DNA of 63,217 nt, filler included, from Folioceros fuciformis (lineage: Eukaryota), in NCBI GenBank assembly GCA_049999805.1. It is 20 parts of 20 records of this genome, joined end to end, with 100 filler letters (N's around TTAATTAATTAA, not from the genome) between each part and the next. Parts side by side here need not be neighbours in the genome. Positions count along the whole stretch, not along the records: positions 1 to 2,959 come from JBNGIO010006977.1; positions 3,060 to 6,137 come from JBNGIO010006979.1; positions 6,238 to 8,098 come from JBNGIO010006980.1; positions 8,199 to 12,170 come from JBNGIO010006981.1; 16 more parts are not named here. One strand, 5' to 3'. Below, in pieces: positions 1-11,269 of this stretch. The first letter of the stretch is position 1, and each line of letters opens with the position of its first letter. Made by a program: the position numbers and the translations under genes. Under the pieces are notes generated by a model. It was not told the origin of the DNA. It did not search any database and saw only the letters and a list, made by a program, of their open reading frames with translations.

Positions 1-132
1 TAGTGGGGGCAGAGGCGCTCGTGGACCCGGGAGGGGCGGTGGAGGAAGAGGTATTGGTTTAGTACTTCTCTACATGCTTGCTCGCACCTCTTTCGTTCCT
101 TAGTTACGTTCCTAATAATGGGTGGCTGGCAG

Positions 133-267
133 GTGGTGCAGGGCGTGGACGTAGTTAAGGCGCTTTCATGTGAAGCTTATGATGGGAAGAGGGAGAGGCC
201 AATTCACCTGTTTCCATCTGTCCTCAGGTTGCAAAACGATCTCACAGCCCCACTTTTGCTGGGATAG
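133..267 (+). CDS. Possible terminal exon of a cyclophilin-like or unknown gene
   Basis: After the acceptor ggcag the frame reads VVQGVDVVKALSCEAYDGKRERPI...*, which resembles the cyclophilin C-terminal VVxGMDVVKAI...RP segment. A GT donor lies near position 51. Short and weak. Confidence 0.25.
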   Translation: MVQGVDVVKALSCEAYDGKRERPIHLFPSVLRLQNDLTAPLLLG

Positions 268-575
268 AATCCGCGTCATCCGACTTGAGAAAACTGATAA
301 GCCGCGGGCCATCAGCTGCCCGTGAAGCATAGGGAGTTCTTCGGATATGTGCAGTTTGAAAAGAATAAGTTGGTTAATTTAGTCCACCCTCTTAGGAAGG
401 GTTGGAAGCGTGCCTTGAGGAAGTCTGTCTCCTTTTTACGACAGGACATCTTCAGGCCTCTTTCGTTGCCTGGTAGCTTGCTAATCGAGTTGAGGTATGA
501 GTACCGTGAGGTACATAGTTGGAAAGTGTAATGAGTTAGACGGTTGCCATTCATCCAATTTACAGTGCTTCACAT

Positions 576-2959
576 TCATGACCTTTTGAACATCATAAGG
601 TTTTGCGACATTAGAAGCTCGGACAGCCTCCTGATCATCAGCGGGTTGCTGGTAAGGTAATCTTCGAACGCCTTGCGAATGGGTCCTAGAGGCGGGTTAC
701 TATCACAGTTATCTACATTCAGCAGGGTATCAAACAGGTTCTTCCAGAGATCTATATTCCAATACCTTTTGTAGGCTGCTTTGGGCTGGTACGTGGGGCG
801 AACGGCTGCAAGATTTGTAACTTTCTTCACCTCCAAGTAGCTACCATGCAGGAGGCAGTGTGCCACAACACACAAGCCATAGGTGTCGATCTGGAAAGTC
901 CATGGCCTCGCCTCCAGCATTTCAGTGCACCTGAAGGCTTCTGTCCGGCTGTCAGCAAGGAAGGTGGTTCCAGGGGGGAAGAGGGAGAGGTCTATGCTTC
1001 GGCCCCAGTCGATCAAGCAGAGGCCCTCGTGCTGCCAGCAACCTGGTCTGTCAGGGCTCCAGTTCTGAAAACTCTCATTGTGCCTGCGGATGAGCAGGTT
1101 ATCTGGCTTGAAGTCCCCATGGATGAGCCCAGCTGCGTGCAGCTTCTCCAGCATACGTAACATTTCTATGGTGTAGAAGATGCACAGAATCTCATGCATC
1201 TTTTCCCCTTTGGCCAGGTACGCATTAACTACATCCTGCAGCGTTCCATGTTCTCCGTACTTGCACACCATGATGCTGTAGTCGGAGTAGCAGTGCATTC
1301 GTAGGGCGTGACCGAAGCTGTCCCTCTCGGTGGCAGGAATGCGGGCAGCCACTTGAGAGTAGATGTAAAACTCCCAAGGCCAGCACGGCTTCTGCACCTT
1401 GAGCACAACCTCCTCGTCTTCCTCGTAGTCGTCAGCAAGATAAACCTGGGCAAAGGATCCCTGGCCTGCGCAGCTCTTGATGTAGTAACCTCTGCCTTCT
1501 AATTCCAGTGTCCTTCCCCGAGGATTCTTTCTAAGAGATGACAGCGGTGACCCGGGGTACTTGCTGCTGCTGACGTAAAATTCGTCGCTGGTTGACATGG
1601 ATGGCATCAGGCGGTCGAGAAGCTCCAACAACAGGCCTTCATCCCAAGGATTCCGTGGCTTCAGAGTAGTAATACCACCACTACTGCTTCTTTCCTCCTT
1701 CCCAATCTGTACTTCGAACTTGAGAGAACTGCCATCTGCGTTGTTCTCCTCGCTCTTCAGCATTGCCACAGAGGGGGATGGGGCAAGATTCTCATCCTGG
1801 AACACCATTGGCTGTGCAGCACCTTCTTCAACCCTGTAACCAAGTTGGCTTCGACTACCACCACCACTAAGTTTCATGGATCCAAGTTCCTCATCCATAA
1901 ACTCCTCCAAGCTCTGCCTGCCATCGCTCAACCTGAATTCAGAAAATTGCGAAGGTAGTTTGATTGGTGACACCTCCGGCGGCAGAGCAGTGTCCTCCTG
2001 TTGTTGGCCCCCTTCAAGATCCTTATCCATGTAGACAAAGAGACTCTGTTTACCCTCTCCTATGCTTCCTGTCACCTCTGCCGTCTGATCTTCAAAATTC
2101 AAGCACCGTGGCAGCTCGTGCTCAACATACACATCCTGCCTCTCCTTCCGTCTGCTAGCCTTCGAAGCAGACAATTGCACCTCGCCAGGTCTACTGGACT
2201 TCATATCCTTGCCCAACGTCCCCCCGTGCTCCCCTCCAAATTCTTTGTCCATATACACCTGTAAGCCCTGTCGCTTGCCTCCCCTTTTGAAGTCCACATC
2301 GCCCAGCCCTGCTTTCAAAGATGGCAGAACCACCTTCCTCGCACTTCTCTGGGCAAGCTCATCGTCGACATACACCTGGAATCCTTGCTTTTTCTCCCCA
2401 GCTTGCAAGCTCTTCCTCGAAGACGAGATCCCCTGTGGCTGGCCTGACCTCACATTGTGTCCGCCCTTGGCCAGACTTTGCCCTCCAAGCTCTTCATCCA
2501 CATAAACCTGGAATCCAGTTTTGCTTTCATCCCCAAACTTTGACGCCCTCGGCAAATCCTTACTTGCCTTTGACACACTCGTCCCGCTGAATTCCTCGTC
2601 CATGTAGATCTGAAACCCTTGCTTCCCAGCGCTCCCATTCCCTCTCCCCACATTCTGACTCCCAAAACCTCCCCCCATCTTCCTGCTTGCCTGAGCGTCA
2701 CCATTAGCCCGCCTCTTCCTCTCGCAAGGCAAGTCACTCTGAAACATGGAGATGATATCATCCATAGCCTCCTTGGTATTTATGGTAGGATCCACAAGAC
2801 CCCGGTGCTGAGCAGCCGTCCCAACCTCCGGATCCACCCCCAATATAATAGCCTCCTGCGCTATCCTCCTGATGGCCATAGTCTCGTCCCCATTCCCCGA
2901 CCCCACCATCCCTTCAACCACAGAGCCCTTCCTCCCACCGGACCTAGCCTCCGCAGTGT
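576..2959 (-). CDS. BUB1: Spindle checkpoint kinase BUB1, 5'-truncated by the contig end; no intron in 2.38 kb
   Basis: CD1-like motif DPTINTKEAMDDIISMF; NPWDEGLLLELL pre-kinase extension; kinase motifs GQGSFAQVY, VLKVQKP, WEFYIY, IHGDFKPDNLL, LIDWGRSIDL, PWTFQIDTYG. The frame is open to the contig edge. Confidence 0.93.
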
Positions 2960-3059
2960 NNNNNNNNNNNNNNNNNNNNNNNNNNNNNNNNNNNNNNNNN
3001 NNNTTAATTAATTAANNNNNNNNNNNNNNNNNNNNNNNNNNNNNNNNNNNNNNNNNNNN
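2960..3059. other. Artificial contig-joining spacer (44 N + ttaattaattaa + 44 N), first of 19
   Basis: The same 100-nt block with a six-frame-stop linker also starts at 6138, 8099, 12171, 17282, 21523, 23175, 31260, 37053, 40485, 43009, 44605, 46859, 48360, 49590, 50877, 55346, 56914 and 58415. Confidence 0.98.
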
Positions 3060-3666
3060 GGGATAGGGAGGGCCTGGCTCTCAAGAGAAGAAGGAAGAAC
3101 TTAATTTATTTAGAACTTCAAATATGTATACAAAAAATATGAGTCATTTGATTTTAATCTAATTTCTAGTAGACATTTATCGAATAATTGTCAATTATCG
3201 AAGTGTGGTCACAAAAAGTTCCTACATATGTTGAGATATGATGAACATTTGTTGTTCATTTTGTTTGTTTTTGGTATGGTATGTTTGCTTAAGTTTATTA
3301 CAGCTTATGTTATATGGTGTGTGTTACAAGTTATATGCTAGGATTTTGGAAGTAGTTATAGTTAATTATTGCGACATGGCAAAGTATTATCTTATAAGTA
3401 AGTGTGGTGTTCATGTATCACTTGTTTGGTTGAGGAAGAGATTTTAACCAACCCATGTTCTAAATTGATCCAGTGGGTTGTGAAGGGTTCTACTTCAATT
3501 GACATCTCTGAGTTGCTGCCTCAAGTCTTGATACATTATGGATCTATGAGCTGCACTATCCTCAAGGAAGACTCTTACAACAAACTTTGCTGGAGAGATA
3601 TGTCAGCAAAAGTGTTATTCTTCAAAGAGGATATGTGATGTGTTGGAGTGAGAACAATCAGTATAC

Positions 3667-4347
3667 ATGCCTTATTTACTTGTTTCACGTCAACTTGGCT
3701 GTTATCTTCAGCCAAAAATTGGTGCTACAGAAGTTGAGAAAGGAGAGCTACCTGTCAACAGTAGGTATGGAGAGGAGCTTCAAGAAGGGAAGATAGCAAA
3801 GAATGACAGGAATGATGTGTTATGGTATGATAGCCAAATGTTTGGTTTGGAAGAAAGTGGACTCTACAAAGCTAACTGGGAGCATGTGTGTGAGCTTATC
3901 CAAGCTCATATAGACGTTACATATGCAAGTGCAAACATCCATGTGGATATGTGTAAATGGTCAAGACATGTATTAAATCTGCATGACCTCGCAATGGAGA
4001 GTTTTAAAAGATTTTGGGTGGAAGTATTGCATGGTCGACTAAGTAAGGATCCGTCACCATTGTTCAACCAAGGACTCAGAGAAGTAGCTGATTTGGAGGA
4101 GAACATAAGATCTGCAATGGTATTGGTGACTGTGATAGGTATTAGCCCTCGAGAGCGGGTTGACAAATTCTTGAAAGGGTTTGTGAAGCAAACTGACTTC
4201 TTTGTTCTTATGTTACAATGCACAACATTGGAAGAAAAGTATGCAAGACGATCAGTAAGATTCTTCACCAAAGCCTTGCAATTAATCATAAGTCCAAAGA
4301 AGGCTTGGAATTATGAGTTCAATGTTGATACGGAGTTGTCAAGTTGA
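3667..4347 (+). CDS. Unassigned 226-codon ORF, probably part of a decayed (transposon-like) coding region
   Basis: Long ORF in AT-rich DNA, preceded by overlapping shorter ORFs (3402-3638, 3587-3796) that suggest frameshifts. No motif recognised. Confidence 0.25.
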   Translation: MPYLLVSRQLGCYLQPKIGATEVEKGELPVNSRYGEELQEGKIAKNDRNDVLWYDSQMFGLEESGLYKANWEHVCELIQAHIDVTYASANIHVDMCKWSRHVLNLHDLAMESFKRFWVEVLHGRLSKDPSPLFNQGLREVADLEENIRSAMVLVTVIGISPRERVDKFLKGFVKQTDFFVLMLQCTTLEEKYARRSVRFFTKALQLIISPKKAWNYEFNVDTELSS

Positions 4348-4896
4348 GTGACAAATTCAATGTTGCTGCGGACTTTCAAGTTTTCTTGTCAATAATTATC
4401 TCGAGGACTAGGCCTGCATTTTTACCTTCTTTGGATTGTGAGACCTCTGCATTTTTACCTTCTTTGGATCGTGAGACCTCAGTTGCTTCTCGCCCTACAC
4501 GGCCCACGCATTTAGCCTGCCATCCAAACAAAACCAAGGGAGAGAGAGGAAAAGACGCTCACCCGGCGGTAATGAGATGGACACACTACAAAGTGACAGT
4601 AAAAGTCTAAATACAGGGGAAATTCGGTAGAGAGGACGGAAAAATTGGGATGATGTGAGAGTGCAAGGACGTCTCTACCACTATCAGCCCTAACCAACCC
4701 TGCGCTTCCACGGTCTTTAATGCCATGGCCGTTGTGTCTGTGGTCTTCGCTTCCACTGTCTCCGCTTTCTACTTATCTCAACTAACTAAGCCTTTCCCCT
4801 CCACTACGTAGCCAGCTTCTGTACAAAGCGTGCAGTATGCCTGCTCCACTCTAATACAAGACGAGGTGTTGAACAACGCTCTGCACCATCCTCCTC

Positions 4897-6137
4897 TCAG
4901 GCTCCTGGCGCCTTGGGCCTTATGGTAAGCTCTGCTCGTAAGTGCAGCACCCCTTCATGGAAATAAGGACTGGAATCAGAGATGAATTGTGACCAGGGTA
5001 GGGCAAACAGGTTTTTGTAGCCCACAGCTTTGCCTCCCGTGAATAAGTAATTGCCCTTGGACTTGGAGACGAACTCCCAGCTCGGTTTCATTCGAGCTGC
5101 AAACTCGTAGCTCACCTCAAAGCTGATTGTACCTTTCCCCTGCATCCCCAGAAAAAGGCCAAAGCAGGAAAACTGGCTGAGTTGATCGTTGTGGCAGTGG
5201 GCGGACAAGAAGAAACCTTGCCCACCGAGGTGAAAGGCCTGCGAGTACACCCGCCCTTCCGGCGAGAGGGCCTTGCATTCTTCTATCTTGAGGTCGAAGA
5301 AGACGAGACACTGCTGGTAAGGAGAATCGAACTCGACCACTTTCACGGGCCTGTACTTGTAGGCCCTTTCACAGAACCTCCGGTGCCCCACCTCCTCCTG
5401 GGCCAGCTGCTTCTGCCGGTAAGGCGGCTCGGCCCTGAAAGTGAGAGCCTCGAACACCAGCTTCGAAGCCAGGTCGTGATCAATATCATTGCAGTTATGC
5501 ACCTTCTTCAGCCGTCTGCTGGACATCATAGGAAACCGGATGATAGACACGAGCCTGGAAGCCAACACGTCCCTCCTATCCTCCGCCTTGGTATAATGTG
5601 CCCTAACCCACTTGAGGGCGAAGTCATACACCGCATCCTCGGAAGCCACCTGCAACCCATCACTAGACAACACCGCCTCCACCCCCGCCAAGGGTAAGCA
5701 CATCACATCCTCCGAGAACCGCCCAAAATCCTTATACTTCTCCGCCAGAAACTCCCTCGCCGCTTCTGTCAACGGCTGCACTGCGTCCGGGGACAGCACA
5801 CTAGTGGGCAGGTCCAGGTACAGCAGCGCGGACTCGATATTCATGGGCATTGTTCTCAGCTTCCTGCTGCAGGCCCGCATGCAAGAAGCCACCTGGAACT
5901 TATCCGCCGCCATGAGCACGTCTAGCATCGCGGCCGGTGTGCTGGCTTGGATCCGCCCACTGTACATGAACTGCAGCAGGTCCAGCAGCGCCGTCTCCTC
6001 CTCCGCGCAGATGCGGAGCTTGGCGTCCTTCTGCTCCGACTCCCGCATCCCGTTGGAAAAGAGCTTGTAGAAGAAGGGACTCTTAGCGGCCAGGATGGCC
6101 GAACTGACGTGAATCACCTTACTGCGCACCACGGTCC
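4897..6137 (-). CDS. BTB/POZ-BACK protein of the POB1/LRB family (CUL3 adaptor), 5'-truncated, intronless in the visible part
   Basis: [26 protein letters not shown] (BTB); [18 protein letters not shown] (BACK); [53 protein letters not shown]-terminus. Confidence 0.92.
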
Positions 6138-6237
6138 NNNNNNNNNNNNNNNNNNNNNNNNNNNNNNNNNNNNNNNNNNNNTTAATTAATTAANNNNNNN
6201 NNNNNNNNNNNNNNNNNNNNNNNNNNNNNNNNNNNNN

Positions 6238-8053
6238 CCCGCGGCCCGTGCTTCCCAGGATGGCAGCCAGCGCGCCTCTCCCCCGGCCCCGGACGCCCCG
6301 CATCCCGGACCCTCTCCCTCGCCCACGCCCCCGCCCTCGGCCTCGCGTGGGTCTTAGTATCTCGCCTCCGAGCTCGTCCGCCGAGCCCCCGGCGATGTCC
6401 ACATCCACATCCACATCCACGTCCACCTCCACCTCCTCCATGGCCAGGGAGATCTCGTGCTCGATCGCCGCCTCCGCATTCTCCTCAGGGTCGCCATCCT
6501 CCTCCTCCGACTCCCGGATGCTGCCCTTTGCGGAGGCCAGGTGGTGGTCGTCCCTCTTGGCCTCGTCAGAGATGCTCTCGGATTCTTTGCTTTCTTGGAC
6601 GGTCAGGCTTCCGTCGTAGCAGCTCACGCGCTGGTTGTACGCATTTCCCATCTGCAGTTGCTGCACCTTCAAGGATCCTCCGGCAGTCTGGGACAGTCCG
6701 TGGCTACGGCTTAGGACGTGCCCGACCGCCTCGACCTCCACCTCAACCTCCACCTCCGCGTCAGGGTCGACGTCTGGGAGGTCGTGGTCGGCGTCCCCGT
6801 CTCCGTCCACATCGGCTTCGCCCTCGGCCTCGGCCCGGGCTTGGGCTTCATGATCCGCGTCACGCAGATCCAGTTCCTCGTTTTCAAGACCCTCGCCATC
6901 ACCGTCGCCTCGTTCGTTGTCGTCGTCCGTCATGGTCTCTAGTCTATCTTCTATCTCCCTGCTCTGCTGCTCCTGCTCCTCCTCTAAGCCCGTGTCGGGC
7001 TGGTCGCTGTCCATGGATTCAGAACTACTCCTACTCAAATCTGCGTCCTCCCTCTCGTGCTCCGAACTCTCCGTTGACGAATCAAAATTCCCTGGAGCCT
7101 GGCGGAAGGAAGACGAAGGCAGCATTTCAAGAGGAGTCACAACAAAGCCGTGTCACACACAAATGTAATAATCATAACGCTGTGGTGCACCATGTCGACC
7201 TGACCCGGCCTGGCCTGGCCTGGCCCGGCGCGGCAAAAGGCCTGAATCACAGATCTCTCTACCAAATCGAATGGACAGGGACTTCAAATTTCCCACTTGG
7301 AAGAATATTCACAGACAAAAAGCAGCAGGTAACTCCACACACTATAAGCCATCTCATTTCCTGCAGGCAATGCGACACCGTGCAAAACCACGATGCCGTA
7401 ATACAATCATCACCATCGCCAAAATCTCCGAAATCTGCACCACAGCAAATGGCGCATGCAGCGCAGCGCAGCGAAGTACAACACAGCACAGCACAAGAGA
7501 GGCAAAAAACAGCAGAAACAAGGACTAGAGAAGTTGAAGAAGACGTAGCAGCAGCAGCAGCGGAGGTGGGAAGCAGGATCTTGCTGGAGGTATGAAGAGT
7601 GATCTTGAGGAAGTGAGCGGGGATTGTAGGAGGAGGAGGAGGAGCAAGTACCTGAGGCACAATCCATTTGCCGTCCTTCCACTCTTGGTGCACGCGAATA
7701 TCAGCGGCTCTGAATGAAAGCTCTTCGCCGGACTCGCGGAAATACACATAGTAGGACTTGTCCGGGAGGACCTTGGAGATGACACCCTCCCACCAGCCCT
7801 CCCTGTCGTAGGCTTCGACGCGGTCACCCCGCCGCCAGAGACGCGGCTCCAAGGCCTTGGGGATGGGGCGAAGCTGGTTGCGGCGCAGCACTTCTTGCAG
7901 TTTCACCTGCTCGTTGTCCTCCGTCACCAGGTGCTCGTACTCCACGGTGCACTCGTTTCGGTCCCAAGACAGCACGAAGGCGGTGTACCAAGATCCAACA
8001 AACCCCGGCTCCTCGCTGCACACCTCAACTTTCGCTCCCTTCCGCAATTGCAT
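6238..8053 (-). CDS. Tandem Agenet/Tudor-domain protein with acidic tract and RG box; exons 8053-7652 and 7098-6238, 3'-truncated
   Basis: Exon 1 has KVEVCSEEPGFVGSWYTA...LRPIP and GDRVEAYDREGWWEGVI...IRVHQEWKDGKW. A phase-0 donor CAG|GTACTT (7652/7651) matches a phase-0 acceptor polypyrimidine-CAG|GCT (7099/7098), joining to the D/E-rich ORF ending in GRGRGRGRGRG. Confidence 0.8.
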
Positions 8054-8198
8054 ACTGCTGGCTAAGCCTTGCTGCCGCTGCTGCTCCCCTCTCGCTCGNN
8101 NNNNNNNNNNNNNNNNNNNNNNNNNNNNNNNNNNNNNNNNNNTTAATTAATTAANNNNNNNNNNNNNNNNNNNNNNNNNNNNNNNNNNNNNNNNNNNN

Positions 8199-8282
8199 GC
8201 TGAGTGTGGAAGAATGGTGGTCAGTCTGCACGCTGAGTGTGGAAGAATGGTGGTCAGTCTGCACGCTGAGTGTGGAAGAATG
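8199..8282. repeat. 33-bp tandem repeat (~2.5 copies) at contig start
   Basis: gctgagtgtggaagaatggtggtcagtctgcac repeated head-to-tail. Confidence 0.9.
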
Positions 8283-8371
8283 ATGGTAGGTTCGAAGGGG
8301 TAGAAAAAGCATAGGAAGAAGCTTGTGCATATAGAAACTTTGTAAATGGCGAAGAAAGAAAGGAGGTGCCC

Positions 8372-8497
8372 AAAAAAGATTCTTTTAATTTCTTATCGGT
8401 CCAAAAAAACCTAATGGAGGACCGCATGTCCGTAAAAAAAGATTCTTTTAATTTCTTATCGGTCCAAAAAAACCTAATGGAGGACCGCATGTCCGTA
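8372..8497. repeat. 63-bp tandem duplication
   Basis: aaaaaagattcttttaatttcttatcggtccaaaaaaacctaatggaggaccgcatgtccgta occurs twice in tandem. Confidence 0.9.
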
Positions 8498-9871
8498 TTA
8501 GTGTTCCATACTTCACTCCACACTTTGGAGAGATTCTGCCAGCAATCCTAAGCTTCACACTTGGAGAGATTCTCTGTTACTTTTATTATTGATATGTTTT
8601 AATGAGTTAAAATAATCACCTCCTTCTCACGGAGGAAACACTGGTGCATCCGTCTTGCCCGCTATCCGTGATATACCATGGTATTCGTCTGCCAATTTTT
8701 AAAAATTTCTTTGAAACACGAAGGAACTCGGTATTCAAGCTCCGTTGTGACAAGTGTCCAGACATAGGCTAGAATACAGCCGTGAGAGGCTACCAGTGCA
8801 CACGGCATTCCGTCAGCGAAGGCCCCTTATGAAGTGCAGGCCTGAGAAACAGACCCTGGACCCATTCCTTCCGGTAACATACACCAGGTTCAAAACAGCT
8901 GCTTCCTGTCCATGGTTGAACCACCACCACATGTCATGGTGAGGGCCACTCGGTGACTACACCGTGGTGCTTCCACAGGCTGCTCCTTTCTCATCGAGGG
9001 GGTCAAAATAAAAAACCACTACGCTTGGTCACCTTCCCTGAGCGCATCTGCAAGAAGCAATGCTCCTGGTCTGAAAATCTTGCAGGTCATGCTTCCTCGC
9101 ACCTAAACACGATGTCAGCAGGTGCTTGGTGCCCTGCAGTTCCAGCCTCGGACTGCATCCCTCTCACCGCATCTGGGTGACATAACCAATAGCCGGCAAC
9201 CTCCCCTCAAAGCCCCGTATCGAGACCAACTCATTGCCGAAGCTCAATATCCCGGTGCCTCTTCAAGCCCACGGAATCCATCCCTTGTGCGGTAAGGAGA
9301 ACCGACTCGTCCCGGTGCTTCCACCCGCTGTACAGAATGATAAACCTGGCTGCTGCTACACTCCAGAAGCTGACTACCGGATTTCCGCACCACCTGCAGG
9401 TTTGTGAGACTGCATTCTGAAGAAAAAATCTTCCACATCCGTCATCGACAATCAAACCCTCACAACGTAGTGACACGAGACTTGATTCGACAAGCTAGAT
9501 ATGATATGTCAAGGGTGTGAAGGTGAATCCCTGTTTGCGCTCTGAAACCCTATTACAGGACGCCAAGCTGCTATGGGCCATGGATGCTGCCGCCAAATGG
9601 GTTCGATGCATTTGAAACCGGTGAACGTTAGAAGGCGCTGCCTCATCCCTCCCGTTGTCACCAATACTTGTCGCGTGTGTGCGTCCTCTTCATTTCTTTC
9701 CTCAGATTGCACTCTAGGTTGGTTCGTCGTTTCCTTTACCCTTCTCCTTTTCTTGTGTACGTGAGCGTTTCGTTTTTCACGATTTGTTACTTGCCTGCTT
9801 GCTGGTGCAGCTCACGATCCCGGGGGGAAGAAGGAGGAGAAGGAGGAGGAGGAGGAGGAGGCCACGGGAGC

Positions 9872-11269
9872 ATGGGGTTGCCGGATCTGATTTCCCTTCT
9901 GTACCCATTGTCGGGGCACCTGTTGGTGGAGGGGCTGCTGCTGGTGGTCCTGTTCTACCTGCTGTCCCGCAAGAGCTTTTGGCCGGACAAGCAGCCGCTG
10001 ACGGATGCGGAGATCACCACGCTGTGCGAGGAGTGGGAGCCGGAGCCCTTGCTTAGCGCGAAGAGGGAGAAGCCGGTTCGGGAGACGGTGCTACAGTCTG
10101 CGGCTACGCCGAGGTCGGTGGTGGATGGCCGCACCGTCATCAACATGGCGGCCGCCAATTTCCTAGGGCTGGTGGGAGACAGCCGTATTAAGGAGACCTG
10201 CGAGAGCACCATCGACAAGTACGGGGTGGGATCTTGCGGGCCTAGGGGATTCTACGGCACCATCGATGTTCACCTGGATTTGGAGAAGAAGATCGCGCAG
10301 TTCATGGGAACCCCCGACTCCATCCTCTACTCGTACGGCCTCGCCACGGCGTCCAGCACCATCCCGGCCTTCTGCAAGCAGTCGGACCTGATCGTGGCCG
10401 ACGAGGGGGTTCATTGGAGCATCCAGAACGGGATCCGGCTGTCCCGCAGCAAGGTGCGCTATTTCAAGCACAACGACATGGCGTCCCTCCGTGCAGTGCT
10501 GCAGTCGTTGAGGCTGGAGGACCAGAAGGTCAAGAAGGGGCTCCAGCGCAGGTTCATTGTGGTGGAGGCCTTGTATCAAAACAGCGGGGAGTTGGTGCCC
10601 TTGGACGAGATCATTCGGCTCAAGGACGAGTACAAGTACCGGGTGATGGTGGACGAGAGCAACTCTCTAGGCGTTCTAGGGGCCTCAGGCCGGGGGATCT
10701 CCGAGCACTTTGGCATCCCGGTGGAAAAGCTGGATATCATCATCGCCTTCATGGGGCATGCTCTGGCTTCTGTCGGCGGGTTCTGCACTGGAACCCTCAA
10801 GGTTGTGGATCACCAGCGGCTCGGAGGCCTCGGGTACTGCTTTTCTGCCTCCCTGCCTCCTTATGTTGCGTCAGCCTCCATGGCCGCCATCGACATCCTG
10901 GAGCAGAACCCCGGCCTGCTCTCCGCGCTGCACAACAACATCACGGCCCTCAGAGCCGGGATGAGATCCGTCCCCGGCCTTGTTCTCATCTCTCACCCTC
11001 TCTCCCCCGTCCTGCACTTCCAGCTGAGGAGGCCGTCCGGCGATTTCTCTCGGGACGGCGCTGAGTTGCAAAGAATTGCAGACCAGCTTCTGAACAAGGA
11101 GAACGTCCTGGTCGCCGTCTCCAGGCGCTCTTCCGTCGACCTCTGCACTCTGCCCGCCACACTGAAGCTCAATGTGTCGGCTGGGCACTCTGCGGCGGAC
11201 TTAGCTGATGCGGTGGAAGCTTTCCGACGTGTCTGTTCTGATTCCCCTTTGATTATAGATGGATTTTGA
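9872..11269 (+). CDS. LCB1: Serine palmitoyltransferase subunit LCB1, complete and intronless
   Basis: N-terminal TM segment (HLLVEGLL...), EEWEPEPL, KYGVGSCGPRGFYGTIDVHLDLE, YFKHNDM, HQRL...GYCFSASLPPY. MGHAL stands where LCB2 has its PLP lysine, as expected for LCB1. Start at ATG 9872. Confidence 0.95.
   Translation: MGLPDLISLLYPLSGHLLVEGLLLVVLFYLLSRKSFWPDKQPLTDAEITTLCEEWEPEPLLSAKREKPVRETVLQSAATPRSVVDGRTVINMAAANFLGLVGDSRIKETCESTIDKYGVGSCGPRGFYGTIDVHLDLEKKIAQFMGTPDSILYSYGLATASSTIPAFCKQSDLIVADEGVHWSIQNGIRLSRSKVRYFKHNDMASLRAVLQSLRLEDQKVKKGLQRRFIVVEALYQNSGELVPLDEIIRLKDEYKYRVMVDESNSLGVLGASGRGISEHFGIPVEKLDIIIAFMGHALASVGGFCTGTLKVVDHQRLGGLGYCFSASLPPYVASASMAAIDILEQNPGLLSALHNNITALRAGMRSVPGLVLISHPLSPVLHFQLRRPSGDFSRDGAELQRIADQLLNKENVLVAVSRRSSVDLCTLPATLKLNVSAGHSAADLADAVEAFRRVCSDSPLIIDGF

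Noticed and set aside
3004..3015. Palindromic ttaattaattaa recurring 19 times
   Set aside because: It is always centred in identical N runs and is a synthetic six-frame-stop linker. ORFs containing X or ending in LIN are artefacts of it.
6528..7595. 355-aa Arg/Pro-rich ORF on the + strand
   Set aside because: Antisense shadow of the GC-rich Agenet gene exon and intron; no protein-like motifs.
7259..7651. Hydrophobic Cys-rich C-terminal half of the 264-aa Agenet ORF
   Set aside because: Read-through into the predicted intron past a good GT donor at 7651.
9668..9871. N-terminal extension of LCB1 in the ORF track
   Set aside because: It begins at a non-ATG codon and runs through pyrimidine-rich and (GGA)n 5' UTR-like sequence. 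The first in-frame ATG is at 9872.
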